A DNA stretch of 64,000 nucleotides from Auanema rhodensis (GCA_964057225.1 OZ059897.1:11656001-11720000), one strand, 5' to 3'; counted from the stretch's first letter, positions 37,101 through 52,615 are shown. Notes: generated from the sequence alone by a model not told the origin. A program made the numbers and translations.

Positions 37101-39478
37101 TCATGAATTTGAACCATATGTTTGACCGTTGGTATATGCCATAAAACACTTTGATACGTTTATACACTTAGACATATGGCGCTTATATTTATGTATAAGT
37201 TATTAGGATTGCATTTAGCGATGATTACAACGTTAAATAAAATTTGATTGTTATTAAAATAATTTATATTCATATTAGTAACAAGATGTGCGTTGAAGTA
37301 GCATTCAAAATTTGATTTAATCATCATCGAAAAATACGTTGTAGCAGCAATAGATAGATCAAAACGAGGAGTAAAATATTCAGAGAACCTTCAGCAGAGT
37401 CAGTTCAACATTAATATTTTTTGGATTAAGCAAACATTGAGTAGAAAACCGGAATACTGTGCGCATGAAAGCCTCATGGGTAAGCTTGCGCAGAGAGTGT
37501 CGTAAAGTAGTATATGATGTATTAAAGTGTATGATGCTAAGATGCTCCCATCTGAAAATGGGGAGGCGCAGATGAATCAAACAGATAAATCCAAAGATTA
37601 AAATTTTAATGTGAGCAGCAAGCTGGAAGAAAAAGATGATAGGGTCAGTAGAAAGATCCAATAGTATAAGCATGCTAACGAATGACATTGAGAGATAGAT
37701 GACAAACGCATGTGTTCAGTCATGAATTAAACTTCACAACTAATATATAAGATAGTGAAAAGATCTTCTTAATGAAAAAAAAGATAGAAAAAGAAACTAT
37801 GAAAAATTTGCCACAATTTCAGGAAAGATAATACATTCAGAACCACTTCAGAAATATGTAAGAAAACACTATGAAACAGAACATGAATATAGCTATTGAG
37901 CTTCCGACATTATTTAAACAAGAGCATCCCTATTATCGTGATCACAAATCTAAAAAAGTCTACTGGTTTCACTCGACACAGAATACTCCCTAACTCCTCC
38001 GTTTCAAGACCTTTAAAGAGCTCGCAGATATAGAATTTCGTACATTCGCATATCATTTGATATGATGAAAGCAAATGTGCTTGATTTTAGCTTGTAAGCA
38101 TGACTGATGTCATTTATTGCCTTCCCATTGACACAGGAATAAATACAATATGTAATAGAAAGAATGTTTCTTCTAGAAGCTTGAACTCTTCCTATCTTTA
38201 TTCGTATATCTTTCTATTTCTCAAATATATAGATGCTAGGTTGTATTTCATCTTCCTATTTGAGTAAATAAAATTGAGACTACGGATAGAAAAGAGATAG
38301 AGGCTTCTTGTAGATTTCAACACTATACCAGTAAATTCTTGTGAAAAAATCATATGGTTAACATAAAACTGACAAAATGTGTGAGAAACAAAAATAAAAA
38401 AAGAGGAAGAGAACATGAATATGTTATGTCTGACATCAACATTAAGTAGTTATGTTGTTCAGGATCATATCAAATACCGATTATAGATATACATATATAT
38501 ATGTATATACACATTAAAAAAAAACAAACAAATGACCTACGAGGAATTGAATTCATAAATAAGCAAAAAAATGAAAAATGGAAAAAAATTATTTTGGTAA
38601 AGCCGATTGCAAATCAAAATAATCTGACATAGTAGCATACCTGTATTTAGGGGGGGGGGGCAGGAACACTTTATTTGGAAAGTGAAGCAAGTTTCAAATA
38701 GTTCATTCATATGACCAGATATTAAACGAATTTACATTATATAGGAAGAAATAGACGCGATTGTCATCCTATGTCTAAATGTGTGACTGTTCTGTTTACT
38801 ATTCACAAGTGGATTACATAGGACTAGGAGAAAGAGAGAACAGTGAAATGATGATAGAAAGAAGAAGAGAGGGAGGAAGGGAGGTAGAGAGAGAAAAGAG
38901 AAGGCAGAGAATAAAATATTAAAGAGAGGATATGGTGATGCTATGAGAAGTGGTTAGCGGCGAGGATTCTACAGTTGCCCGGAATAGAGGTCGAATGACC
39001 TGTAAACGAGGCTGTTATATTTCAAATTATATGCAAGAGATCGACAATATAAAATAACTCAACTAGAGTAATAGTAAATTCACCGAAATTGGAATGATAA
39101 TTGCATAATGCATAATTGCTCAAATCAATTGATGCGAAAACAAAGTATAAATACTAAAAAGATTTAAATAAATGCTTTACAACCAATAATACTTTCAAAG
39201 ATTCAAGACAAAGTCATGAATTTTTCAAAATGAAAAAGCTGTGTTTAGCTTAAATGAAGAACAATACGATAATTTTGATGCCCAACATGTCTTTAGTAAA
39301 CAAAACTAATTTTTTTTGTGATAAACAACTATTTTTCAAAGCCAAGCAATAGTAAATGTAATAAGGCAGCCACAAACCTGAGATTCAAACGACGAGCCGC
39401 TCCAGCTTTCCATGTTCCAAAGGCAATGGAACGATACTGGCCTCGTTTGTTATAATACCAGTCATTCTTAGAATCCAT
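34138..39478 (-). CDS. Ser-rich protein with a C-terminal FAM167/LURAP-like coiled coil (8 exons)
   Basis: Open, phase-compatible exon chain from MDSKNDWYYNKRG (39478) via about 36717-36861, 36558-36664, 34967-35095 and 34686-34919 to WNNLFEQLRREMNDMRIRDAQILADLHRVEWHLKSVK..FQI*. Confidence 0.7.
38650..38660 (+). repeat. G11 homopolymer tract
   Basis: Directly visible in an intron of the FAM167-like gene. Confidence 0.85.
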
Positions 39479-40549
39479 ATATGGATAAACGAGCTATGAT
39501 ACAAGACAACTAACAGTTTATACCGATATAAGGCTGTAAGCACTTCTGAAATGAGAAAAAAAAATAAATTAAGAGAATGAACAACGTTTGTCTGTTACAA
39601 CAAACTTAAAAATCAATCACGACAATGGGCTTAAAAACTTCGGGAGAATAGTAAAAGTAATCATAACAAACAAGTTTCTGTACTATTCATAAGTACCATA
39701 ATAGAACATAAGATGAAGGTTTGAAAGTATGTTGAAAAATACAAAAATCAAAATTTAATTGAACATTTCACAAAAAAAAATTTGTTTTACAAATTATTTT
39801 GAATAAATCTAAACAATATTCGGCGTATTATCTTCCTCATCATCATCATCATCGAATATTACTATAGTAGTAAATCGATTATACGAATAGTAACTACAAA
39901 ATTTTCATAAATTTTGTACTTTGTGCTCAATTCTTTTTTATTTTTCAATATATTTATTATTATTATTTAAAAAAAATAAATAAAAAATGAAGATTTTAAT
40001 ATTTTTTCTTTTAGTATACAATTAAAATAAAATAATTTATACAAAAGAAAGACGAATCATCATCTAATGGCCTTGTTTTTAAGAGCTTTCTCTTTGATCA
40101 ACTTTATTTCGACTTGAAGCACGTGAATACGTGTGACGTTTTCGAGTGGCTGTGTGAAGAAGTAGGAGAAGATGAGGAGAATGACTTCCAAGTTTCTTTG
40201 CAATACACTCTCCAACTTTCTAACACTGTTCTTCTCTCATCCCACGTTCTGCTTTTCTTTTCTACTCAACTTTGGAGTCAAATTCAAGTTTAATGTACAT
40301 TCTCATCTCTTGACTCTCTTGTTTTATCTAGTCATAGGACAAGCTAACATTTTTCAGTAAGATAAGGTAAAGTATGAGATCAAATAAAACATAAAGAACC
40401 AAAATGATGAAATTACATAAGAAATAAAATCAACAATAACATTACTAAAATCATTCGAAAAGCCTAACCTGTTAAAATATTTTCTTCTATTTTATCAAAA
40501 TGTTTTTTTTATATGTTGTTTCATATCTTTTGATCACCCCATCTCTCTC

Positions 40550-40616
<67 letters not shown>

Positions 40617-43600
40617 TTAACTTTTTATTTCTCTGTTGTTCACTATTCTATATCTTTATCCTCATGAATGCATGATAGCTAATACTGAGAAAGAACATTA
40701 ACGAGATATGGATTGAGAAAGATTGTTCAGTATGATCAAATGGCTTTTGAAAAAAGTGTCTATAAAAGACACAATAGAACTATTTGAAAAGAAGATAAAA
40801 GAAATGTTATACAACAGTTAGAAATCTTTTTCATCTTTCTATATTTCTTCTTTTCTTTTTCAAATAAACTTTTATGAGGTAGATATAGTCTTAGTAATAG
40901 TAATAATGAATATTTAAAAAAAATAATCAAAAACATGATTTTTCTTCTTAAATCCAATAATTTTAATGATAATTAGTATAATAATCCAGAAAAAGAAACT
41001 AAAAAATGGATCTATACTTTAGTAAAGATGAGGTTAGCATATAGTGCGATGTTAGTAGCTTACACGTATCACATTCTTGTTTTGAAATCTGAGATATTCA
41101 ATTTCCATTTCTTTATATCTATCCATTTATTTGAAATATTCTTCAAATATGTAAGTTTATATAAGAAATGGTAATAGTAGTAGTAATAGTAATACTAGAC
41201 AATATAGAAATAGCTAAAGGTAAAAGAAACATTTTTGAACAGTTGACATTGTTTCAAATAGAAATTTAAAAGAATAAACAGTACACTATAGTGTTAAAAG
41301 TTAGAAGAAAGTATTCTTAGATTCTTTCTTTCTCTCTCTCTCTCTCTCTTTTTCTCTCTCTCTCTGTATGTTAATACAAAGGAAGTAACAACTAATCTCT
41401 AGGAATTATTTCTTGAAAGTAAATTTAAAGTTCTTAAAATTTATTTTAAGAACAAAGTAAACGTCGTATGAACAGAGTACATAACTTAAATAGTAAATAA
41501 TATAATATATATATATTGAAATATGTATCGAATAGAAAAGATTAAATAGTTCAGATAGATAAAAAATATTTTATATTTGATAAATAAATAACTATATTGA
41601 TTATAAATTGAATAGTTAATATAAAAAGATTGTTTGAACCGTATTCATTCAGGTTTTTTCTGAAATCAAATCTGAATAACTGTTCCACAGGGCATTAAGG
41701 AACGAGATGATTTGAAGACAGATGATACTCACGCACTAAGATGCACTAAGTCAAACAATTCAGGCCGGAAGAACAGAAAACCGGATACCATTCATCAGAC
41801 AGTCCAAGATACATGCAATGTATCTAATAATGAACGATAAAAAAGTGAAATTGAGGAGATTTAGACGGAAAAAAACGAATACATGAACTGATAAATGTTG
41901 AAGAAAAAAGTTCAGAGACAAGCGAAAATGATGAAAAGTAGGAAGAGATTGAGAGAAAAATGAAATAGAGGTGGGAGCTAATGTAAATTGAACTCAAGCT
42001 CGTTCTTGAGATGGGTGTTGAAGAGCATAAGAAAGGGTGAAAGGATAGATGGGGCAAACGAATGAAGAAACAAGCAAACAGTCAAAGTTTAATTGGTGGT
42101 TTCAGTGAAGTTCCTAGATCTACTTTTTGATGCGTCCGCTCAAACGAAAGTTGCAACTTGAGATATAAAAAAGTAGAAAGTGATGAAACTGAAAGATTTT
42201 ATTAACACATCATAAGGCTTAAGATAAGATTGAAGAAAATAATAAAATGTTACATAGAAGAGTGTAAAATAGGTTTTATTCTTCAACAAATTTATTTCAA
42301 AAACAATAAAAAGGTAACACAGATTCAGATTTAAAGACATGTGAAAATTGAGAGCATCGTGAATTGAAGAAATTATCTATTGTGTGAGTTAAATAGTTCG
42401 AGAAAATCAAGATTTGAGTTTGAAAAGCGAAAAGTGAAATAGAGAGGGTATGAAGAAAGGCAATACAGAGGGAGAGAAAAAGAAATGTGATTCCATCGAA
42501 AATGTCCAGTTTCGACATAAAAATAATAAGAGAAGGGGTGATCAACGAATTTGAAAAAAATGTCTCGAAATAATCCGAGAGATTGAAGAACTGAATTTTA
42601 AACTCCGGTCGATGAGAAAGAAGAACCGAGCATTTTATTATGTAATATCTGCTCAAATTGTGTCTGCATATCCATTGCATATAACCCTTCTCACCATTTA
42701 TCTTTATCCTTTATTTCTTTTCTCTTGTTATACTCTCCATTTTATCTTCGTTGTGGTTTGCCCTCAGGGCACATTACAACTACTAGAACAATTGGCATTT
42801 TGCCGAAAAGTGAAAGAAACATTAAGCGGTCAATTTATCCTCCTGAAGTTACAAGACGAAGAGAAAGTTTAAAAAGAGAAGAGAAGTAGATAAAAAAGAG
42901 TGAGAAAAATGAAGAAGAAGATAAATGAACAATGATTATGTGCGAAAATATGGTGAAAAACGGGAAAAAAAAAACGCTTTAGAAGTTATAGTTTTTTGTT
43001 GATGTTGTACTATGTAAACAATATTTATTTTAAAGAAAAAACCTTTTATCAAAATAGATTATTGATTGGAAATATGAGAAATATAGTTAGCATAGCAAAA
43101 CTGGTTGATAGAGAGAGTAATGATGATACAAGAAGTGACAACAGGACTGGAATAATTGTTTTGACTAATAGATTTCTGAGATTCAAATTGACGTATGCTG
43201 ACACATTGATGATAATTATTTGAATTTATAGCTTCAGGAAGAAAAATCCAAAGCAATTCACGTTTTTAACGAAATTTTGTTTGGAGAGTAGAGAGCTCGA
43301 TGTGCTAATAGAAGATGCAAGAAGAAATTAAAAAGTTATCGAAAAATACTTAAAAGTTTTGATCTTCATCAAGTGTTAAATACTTAAAAAGTTTTTTTGA
43401 ATAAAACATCCAGAGAGAGAGATATATTGAGAGAGGAGGCAGGTTCGGAGAAGAGAGAGAGAAGAGTACAGGTTTAGTAGTTTTCTTTTCCAGAAAATGA
43501 AGAACAGACATCACATACATAAGCAATATAAATGAATTTTACCCTCAATCTGTTTCTCTCTTTCAATCCTTCTTTATCTGTCTCTCTCTTTCTCTTTCTC

Positions 43601-43741
43601 CCTCCCTCTCTCTCTCTTCTTGTTCTCTTATACTACATATAGTATATTTCAATAATATTATAATGACTACTACTATAGAATGAATTGTAATAGATGAGCA
43701 TCAAACGATTGGCTCTGAAAATCAAAAGATTATACAGAGTG

Positions 43742-43790
<49 letters not shown>

Positions 43791-46700
43791 GAGAGAGAGA
43801 CAGGGAGAGAGAGAGAAAGAGAGATTTATATGAATATATTCAAAGAGTATTCATGTATAAGAGGGGGGAACTGTTCATCGATAACCATAATTCTCATAAT
43901 GCTCATATGAAATTAGTGATGAAATTGAAGTTAGTGGCGGTAATTATTCATTGAATAGAAATAAAAAATCTTATTTTCCATTCACTTAACTATATGTAAG
44001 TGACATTGTGCGAACATTGCATCTTAATCAAACTAGTTGTTTCTAATTAATGCTTTTATCTTAACCAAAATCAGTTCATAAACGACTAATAGGAAAATTT
44101 GAAGGGCATAAATTATTTGAAAAAACCATAAATTCATTTCCCTTACAGCTTAAAATTTCTTCAAAAACTTTAAAATATTAATTTAAGAGCTTAAACAATG
44201 CTTTTAAAGGTTTTAAATTATTAAAATCGAGAAGAAAGTAAATATTTTCATTTATAATCACTCTGTTAAATATAATATTATTCATTTTGTTTTATTTAAT
44301 AGTAATAGTAATATTATTATTTAAATATAAATTATATATATATTTGAACTTTATTAAAAATAATAAAATTTAAAAAAGGTATGATAAATAAATAAGAAAC
44401 AAACAATTTTTTTAAAGATTAAAATCAATAATTATCAACAAAATCAGAAAAATAAAAGAAACAAATAAACATTTATATAATAAATATAATAATAATAACA
44501 ATAATAACATGGGTAAAAAGGTTGAAAATGTTATTACAGAATATTTTGTATCGACAATGGAATAATGCCTATATTTGGTTGTTGAGTGTCACGAAGCACA
44601 AATACATATATATACATATATATTTCTAAAGATAACCAAGACCAAAGTTGTAACTATGTTTATTAAAATATTTTCTTTAAAAAAAACAACAATAAATCAA
44701 TAAATATATATTTATATTTTAATTTAATTCAAAAAATAAATAAGAGAGATAGATAGATGAATATACAGATGCATCTACATAGAAGGAATTGAATATGGTT
44801 CTTGTGGTTTTTCTGGGAATATAACGTTGTATGCCGTATGCTTCGAGCTGTAAATTCTTGCTAAGGATGAAGCTATATTGGGATGTATCATTTTCTATTC
44901 ATTTCAACTGTTCATCTTTATTCTGCCTGGGGGGAATCCCTTGGCCAATGTCAAATAAATGGCTTATCGACATGCTTCAAACGGAAATTTCGTCGTTTAA
45001 CCCTGAAACAAACATTTTTTTTTGTCTTTTTTTTCTTTTAAATGCCAAAATACATAAAAGTAGTAATGAAATAATATTTTTATCATAAATAAATTAAAAA
45101 AAACAAAAGAAACAGTTCTTTATAAATAACTAACTAACTATCTAACTAAATAATAATATAATGTTGATTGTTATTAACCTTTTAAAGATTTTCCTTCCTT
45201 CCTTCCTTCCTTGTCTCCCTCCTTTCTTCCCTCCCTACCCATTTTATTTCTTTTAAAAAACGAAATAACTTTGTGAACAATAGTAATCTTGTAATCCTTT
45301 CTGTATTTGATATTGAATTAAATTATTTTTTTTCTTCAAAAAATAGCCGGTTTTTTCATTTGTGCAATGTATGACTCTATTCTCGATTATCCTTTTCATC
45401 CAGTACGAAGCTTCTAGTTATTTGTTTATGTTTTCGATAAGAAAGTTAGATGAATAAAGAATATTTGTTATTTTTTTTACAAAATTGAAGTTCAAACATT
45501 TCGTTTTTTTTCTGTTTTTTCTTGAAAAAAAATTGTTTGTTCATTCATATCTATATGTAGTAAGATTCTTTTTTTTTTATAAAGAAAAAGAAGGGATACT
45601 TGAACGAGTGAATAATATGGAAAATAAAAATATATATTTAATCTATATTAACTAGCAATACTTAATAATATTATTAACAAAAATAATAAGATAATTTCAA
45701 GAGTCTGAGAGTATTAATAGAAGAAATAGAAAAGAAGAAAAAAAAGGTAAGGAAGCACATAAAATAAAAAATGAAGAGAGATGAGCAATTAAAGAGAAAG
45801 AGAAAGAGAGAGAGAGAGAGAGATTGAGAGAGATTGAGAGAGAGAGAGATTGAGGAGGGGGGAGTAATCGAGAACTAGAGTGAGAAATAGAATGAGAATT
45901 TTCTGATAGTTAGTTATTTACCTAAAGTATTGGATCTTCTCAATTGTGTTTTCAAAAAATTTAAAATCTGAATACAATATTGAAGATAAGAATTCTAGCT
46001 TGTGATTCAATTTCAATCATTGATATTTATAATTTTATTATTTATAATTAAAATATCTTAATAATAAATGAAATATGATTTTAATCAATATGTATGTTAT
46101 TTGTTTTTTTAAAATATAACTAACTATATAACTAACTATACATATATTTATAATATTTCTGAGAATTTGCTTCAAGTTATTTGAATTTCTCTTTTCTTTT
46201 CTGTCTGTCATTCACGTTTAAAACAAAAATATTATTTTTTGTTATGTGTAAAACGAAAAAATTTAGTTTAAAACTTAAAATTTAAATATATTATATTTAT
46301 TATATAAACTATATCATTCAATATATAGTTTAATACTGATATTATATTGGTTTTACTGTTTCATATACATGTATCATCATTGCTTTCTCTGTCTCCCTCT
46401 CTGTATGTTATTCTCATAGATGGAATTATATTCAATTTGTTTCTTTTACATTGTAAAAAAAGTTGTGAATATTAGGGAGAAATTGAACATTGAAAGAGCA
46501 GCTGGAACAAAGAAGTGCGAAAGATTGAAAGAAAAACAGAGAGAGAGAGAGGCAAATTGAGAGAGATAGAGAGAGAGTGAGTAGAAAAGAGAGAGAATTT
46601 TTGAAAAAATTTCGCAGCTGAAATGACATGATCTTTAAAGCTCATATAGCGCTGTGCTTTTAACTTTCAAAAATTTTCGGATGAAGAGCTATGATATGAA

Positions 46701-47891
46701 AGAATAAATGATCAAATATCATTTGTTTGTCTTTTAATTTCTTTCAACTTATTTTCTCTCATCTTTTCATTTTCATGTAATATGTTTGTCATCCCACCAT
46801 TATTCTTGATTTAAGAAGCTCAAAACGAGAAAACAACTATAATCTTTCTGGAATGCAAAGTTGAAAATACAAGTCAGTTTTTTGGTAGAAAAATCAAAAG
46901 AAAACGAAATCTATTACCGTTATTCTTCATTTCATTTCAATTATTTTTCACTGTCTAGTCTCTAGTCTGTCTCGATATCATTCCTTTTTACACTTCAGAT
47001 TCAAATCGGGTTTTGATACTCTAAGAATACAGACACTTCGTTAATATTTCGTTTATCTATTTTGATCTTAATGTAGTTTATAATCCTGAAACTTAAAAAA
47101 ACTCTGCATTTTTGGTTAAAAAAATTATTTTTATTTACATTTTAATAATAATAATAATATGTTTATTCATTCATTCAATTGAATAGGAAATGTAATGTTC
47201 ATGATTTGCTCATATTTTCTAATTCTTCAATAATCCCTATATTATATATCTTATAGTATATATATTATATATTTATAAATAACATTTATACATAAATAGA
47301 TATTTTACTACTTCTTCTTCTTCTTCTTCTTATTGTTTTTGTTTTTTTTTTCATAAAAAAATCATTAAAATTTAATTTTCAAACATATTTGATGTGAATT
47401 ATAATTCAAATATCTTTGTATATATATATATATATATATATTTTAATATTTTTTTATATTTTATTAATATCAATGGTGTGAAATGCTATGAAAATAAAAA
47501 AAAAAGTGAACAAACTACCGATATCAATCTGTCGAATCAAGGTGATTGAGACACTTATTATTAAAACGTTATATAAAGACATTGATGATGGAAAAATATA
47601 AGAAAAGAATCAGAAAAACATAGAAAAGTGAGAAAATTTGTCCTAAGTGCACATGTATGTAGTGTTAATATCGAATGATCGTATATTATTCTTGAATTCA
47701 TCGACCATTCTTCTTCATTTTTACTTCATCGACGTCAAAACGTGAACGTCATCGTCTTCTCCTTCTAATAATTTCTACTACTTCCCCCGCATATACCACT
47801 ATCACCACAGCACCAGAACGACCACCTAACACCATCATCATCTAATCATTCTCGAATTTTCGTTAACTAACACAAAAGCATGGTTCAAACT

Positions 47892-47922
<31 letters not shown>

Positions 47923-50900
47923 GTTTATTTGGCTATTTATCTATTTATCGATATAGAAATGATTTACCAGTAGTTATTAGGTTATGTGTTATAGAGAGCA
48001 GATTTTCTCTTTATCTTTTCATTCGTATTTAAGCCATTCTTTGTTAATCTATGCTTTTTTTATTTTGTTGAAAAAGTTGTTTATTATCAAGTAAATTCAA
48101 ATACTATTCCATATAATCTCTATATTTAAACTTTTTTTAAAAATTTATTTTATTTAAAAAGAAATATATATATCAATAGAATTAATATAGTATAACAAGT
48201 ACATGTTCTTTTATTTAAAAAAAAAGACATTTTTGATTGAAATTCAAAAATTCAATAAAATCATTCCTTCAACAGAATTGTAAAAAAAAACATTTGTCTT
48301 CTATAAATCCTTACTGTAGTTCAGTTTTCGTTGTATGTTCATTCTTTTTATTTCCTGTCCACTCCTTCACCCCCCCCCCTCTCCCCCTCTTTGCCTTTTC
48401 CCTCCCATTCTTTAAAGATTTTTTCGTCATCTTACTCACCAAACGACACTCTCCTGCTGGACACCACCACATGCACATATCTTTCTATCTTCTCGGCTTT
48501 CCTACACACAACCCTGGGCTTCCCTCAATTTCATCGTCTCTGTAGTGTCTCCACTCATGTCTTTATCTCTAATCTTTCTTTTTTCTCTCGTCCTCCCTAT
48601 TCGTTCACACCCACCTTGTCTCACTTCCTCTTCATAGATTTGCCTCTTTTTCCATATTTCTATCCCTTTTTTGTCGCTGTAAAAGGTTAAAAATTAAAAA
48701 AACAATATTATTTAATCTCAGTCTTATTATATTATATAATTTATATAATTATTAATATATTTAATTACTTAAAATGTCGAATATTCATTAATGTTAAAGG
48801 TATTTCCTCATTGATAGTTCAGCATAAATTTCAAAAATTTGTCACGTGTTTAAAGTCATGTGTCCTTCGTACTACGAAAGATCATTGCTCAATCTCACAT
48901 AAAAAACTCTTATCTAGAACTTTTCGAAGATGAAGAAGATGAAGACGAAGAGAATGCTTCCTACTCATTTACTTTCGAAGAAATTTTAGAAGAAACTTGA
49001 AGTTCATTATATATTTCTCAAATTCGAAATGATATGTGTAAAGATGAGTTCAAAACGTTCACGGTTTTAATAGACTTAAGTTTGAATTGAGAGAAGTTTG
49101 AATAAGGAGCTACAAACTTCAAGCTGGATATAACAAGGTTGCGAATATGCATATTTAATTTTGAGCGAATTTCTCTCATCGTATAAACAGAATATTATAT
49201 ATATATATGATGATGATTTTAAGATATATTTATTCATTTTTTATTTATATATTTGTCTAAAAAATTATTTTTCTTGTCTTCTGTGGTATGGCTTGTGACC
49301 ACATGACGTAGAAACGGAGAGTTAATCGGAAATGAAATCCAAATATCACACGAATTGCTACTTTTTGCTGAACGAATAGATGTGTGATCTGCTTTGCACA
49401 CCTTCTTGTTCTCAACATATCTGTTGGAAAAATCCTCTTTCTCCACCTCCCATTTATTCTTTTTCCTGTCGAGCTACCGCTTGTCAACTCTTGTTCATTC
49501 TATCTCTTTTTCTCTTCTTGTCGTAATGTTTCATCCTTGTCTCTTTTACATCGAAAAAAAAAAGAAAATCTTTAAAAATTCGCATAGCTCTTTGATGTAA
49601 GTTGCAACCCACAAATATTACACAATAATGCTAATGCTAATTGATTTCTAAAAAACGTCTTCTATATTTCAATATAAAAATATAAAATCATAAAACGATA
49701 GAAGATCTTTAATTTTATTTTGCAAAAAAATATTGAAAGATTTAGATGTATTAGATAAAAAACTAATGATTATTTGTATCAATCTGATGATATAAAACAA
49801 GAAAGATACCGAAAAAAACTTTCTTAAAGACATAGAGAGAAAGAGAGAGAGAGAGAAAAGGGAATAGAGAGAGAGAGAGAAAAAGAAAAGATACAGGGAG
49901 ATAGAGTGCCATCGTGAAGATGGCAGCTGAATTAGCGCAATCGCCATATATGGAACTGTCAACTGGTTCTATTTACTCAGCTCTTTCTTCGTAATCGTTT
50001 TTTCTTCACCAATTCTTCACTTTATAATTCACCATCATTTACCTCTGTATATACCTTTATTTCCCATCTTTTACCACTTCTTCGTTGTCTACTTCTCTTT
50101 TCCTCATGCTTTTATATTTTTTTTTCATCATCAGACTGTTCTAAGGGCAATTTCATTCCACTTACCTCAAAAGTATCTTATTTATGTCATTCTTTAATGT
50201 GTTCCATTTATACGAAAATAAGTGTGCTAATCAAATTTTTGCTCGTTCAACAAGAAGAGAAAGAAGAAGAAGAAGAAGAACTCTCCCTCGAACTTCTTCT
50301 TCTCTTGTCGTCTCAGAATGATTACAAGTGTCAGCTTTTTTTCTTCATTTTCTAACTTTCTTTTGCCTACCTTCCTTTTCTCCTCTACCCCCTACCATTT
50401 CACCCCCCCCCCTCACTTACACCCTCCTTTATTTCCTTTTTCTATCTTTCAATTGACAACTATTTACCTTTTATGGAAGTTGCCGCCTATCCTTGAAGCC
50501 TGAACACCCGCCTGAATGTCTGTCTAATTCTCATTTGCCCTGTTTCAATTCGCTATTTTCATGAAATGTTTTGTGATAATAAATCATTTCTGAAACATTT
50601 TCTTAAGCAAAATCTTTAAGTTTTCAGCTACATGTTGATGAATATTTTGTCTAATCTTCAAATTCTTGTTCACCAGCTACCCTCCCCCCCCCTTTCCGGC
50701 TATTTCCATTCAACTCGAATTCTACATCATTGTTTATTTTTTTATTTGTCATACGATATATTAAAAAAAACATCTAAATTCTCTCAGTCATACTTATACT
50801 TCTCTACTTCAAAACCAATTCTATTGTATTCAATTTTTCAGGTTTTTTCTTCTTCTTCTCTACAGCAACACATCCCTTCCACCCTATTCTTTCTCTCCCT

Positions 50901-52566
50901 TTACCACAGTTTGCTCAATTTTCTATTTTTTTTCCTGAGGAATTCACATATGTCACTGGAACATATAGTACTGAATATACTATATTTCGATGAAATATTT
51001 GATTTCCTTCTCTGATAGATAGTTCTTTTGATGAATTGTATCCACCTCTCCCCCCCCTCTCTTCTCTTCTCTTACTATGTATAAACCAAGAATCATTTCA
51101 TATTTCATATATTTCGACCTTTAATAATATATTCTATTTTTCATTCAATAATAATAAGTTTTTTCATTATTTCCCTCAAGTAAGTTAGATGGAAGAAGAG
51201 TTCCCCCCCCACCGACTTCTCTCTCTCTCTCTCTCAATATATCTCTCTCTTTCTTTTTTTCTCTTTCTCTCTGAAAAAATAATAGCAAATATATTTTTCT
51301 TCGTTAACCTCTTATATGCCTTATATTCTTTAGTGAACTAGGTCTCTTATATGGTCATGCAAACATCCTTTTCACGAAATACTTTATAAACGATTTTCCT
51401 GTAATTTTCTTTTTTTTTGTCCCTTAATTCAAGAAAATAACAAAACCATCAAAACGTATAAAATATAAATGAAAAAAAACAAAACAAAAAAAACAGTGTT
51501 ATGATTAGATTTTGTTTGACAGGAGGTTCAGATGACAACTTTGTCTGCTTTTTCTTGTCAATAGTTTTATAGATACAAATTATATTTTCTTTCTTTTACA
51601 TATTGTATTCTATTTATTTTAGTTTTTTACAAATTAAAAGTCTAAAGTTTCAATATTTGTTAACAAAAAATAGAATATATTTAGTTTTATTATAAAATAT
51701 AATTAATATAATATATAACTTGTTCTTGATATATTTTCTAACTTCTTACCTACTTATCTGTTCTACAACTCTCTTTTTACACACATACTTTTCTATTTCT
51801 CTCTTATTTTCTAGTTATCTTCCCTCATTCTAGTCCAATCTCTTTCTCTCTTTCTCTCTCAATCTCTCTATCCCCCCTCTCTATTTCTTTCCCTCTCTAT
51901 CAGTTCTTACTTAACAGATTGTATAAACTTATATATGTGTGTGTGACGAACTCTTTTTCTTCGAGTATTTCAGGTTTTCAACACTTTTTAGAATAACATT
52001 GGCTGTAAGTAATTGCTAATCAGTTAAAGTCTAGCCTAAACATATTACCAATATGTTTTCAACATTTTTTTTGGTCAAAAACCTTTTGTTTGCTTTTGAG
52101 TATTAAAAACTTGCTTTGTCTTTCTTCGTATATGAAAGTTAAATAATTTAAATAATATAAGCTTTTAAGTATAAAGCCTAAACACATTACCACATAAGTA
52201 GTACCACATGATGTTTAATATATATTCTTAATCATTAGAACCATTACAATGTTTTACTTAACCATCTTTTTCATATTTACCAACATATTCTCTCTATCAC
52301 AATGAACAGGAATTTTTTGCATTTTCATCAAAGTTTCGTTAATTATTTGTAAAATTCACTCAACCGTAATAACTGCTATAGAAATATGGTAAAATGTTTA
52401 ATTATCCATTGTATTTAGTGGGCAATTTAACCTTTTTTTTTTAAATTCTTTGATTTCATAGGTGTTAATCGAACAATAATTGTTTGATGTTAATTGAACT
52501 AAAGTCAAAACTTTTTATTTATTTTTGATTATAACTCTCTATAAGCTTGTCAAATATATTATATTT

Positions 52567-52573
<7 letters not shown>

Positions 52574-52615
<42 letters not shown>
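52574..52615. repeat. (TA)n microsatellite
   Basis: Directly visible. Confidence 0.9.

Noticed and set aside
52033-52195. Two AGCCTAAACAYATTACCA copies containing one telomere unit GCCTAA
   Set aside because: Only single units; no TTAGGC array or evidence for a breakage or elimination site.
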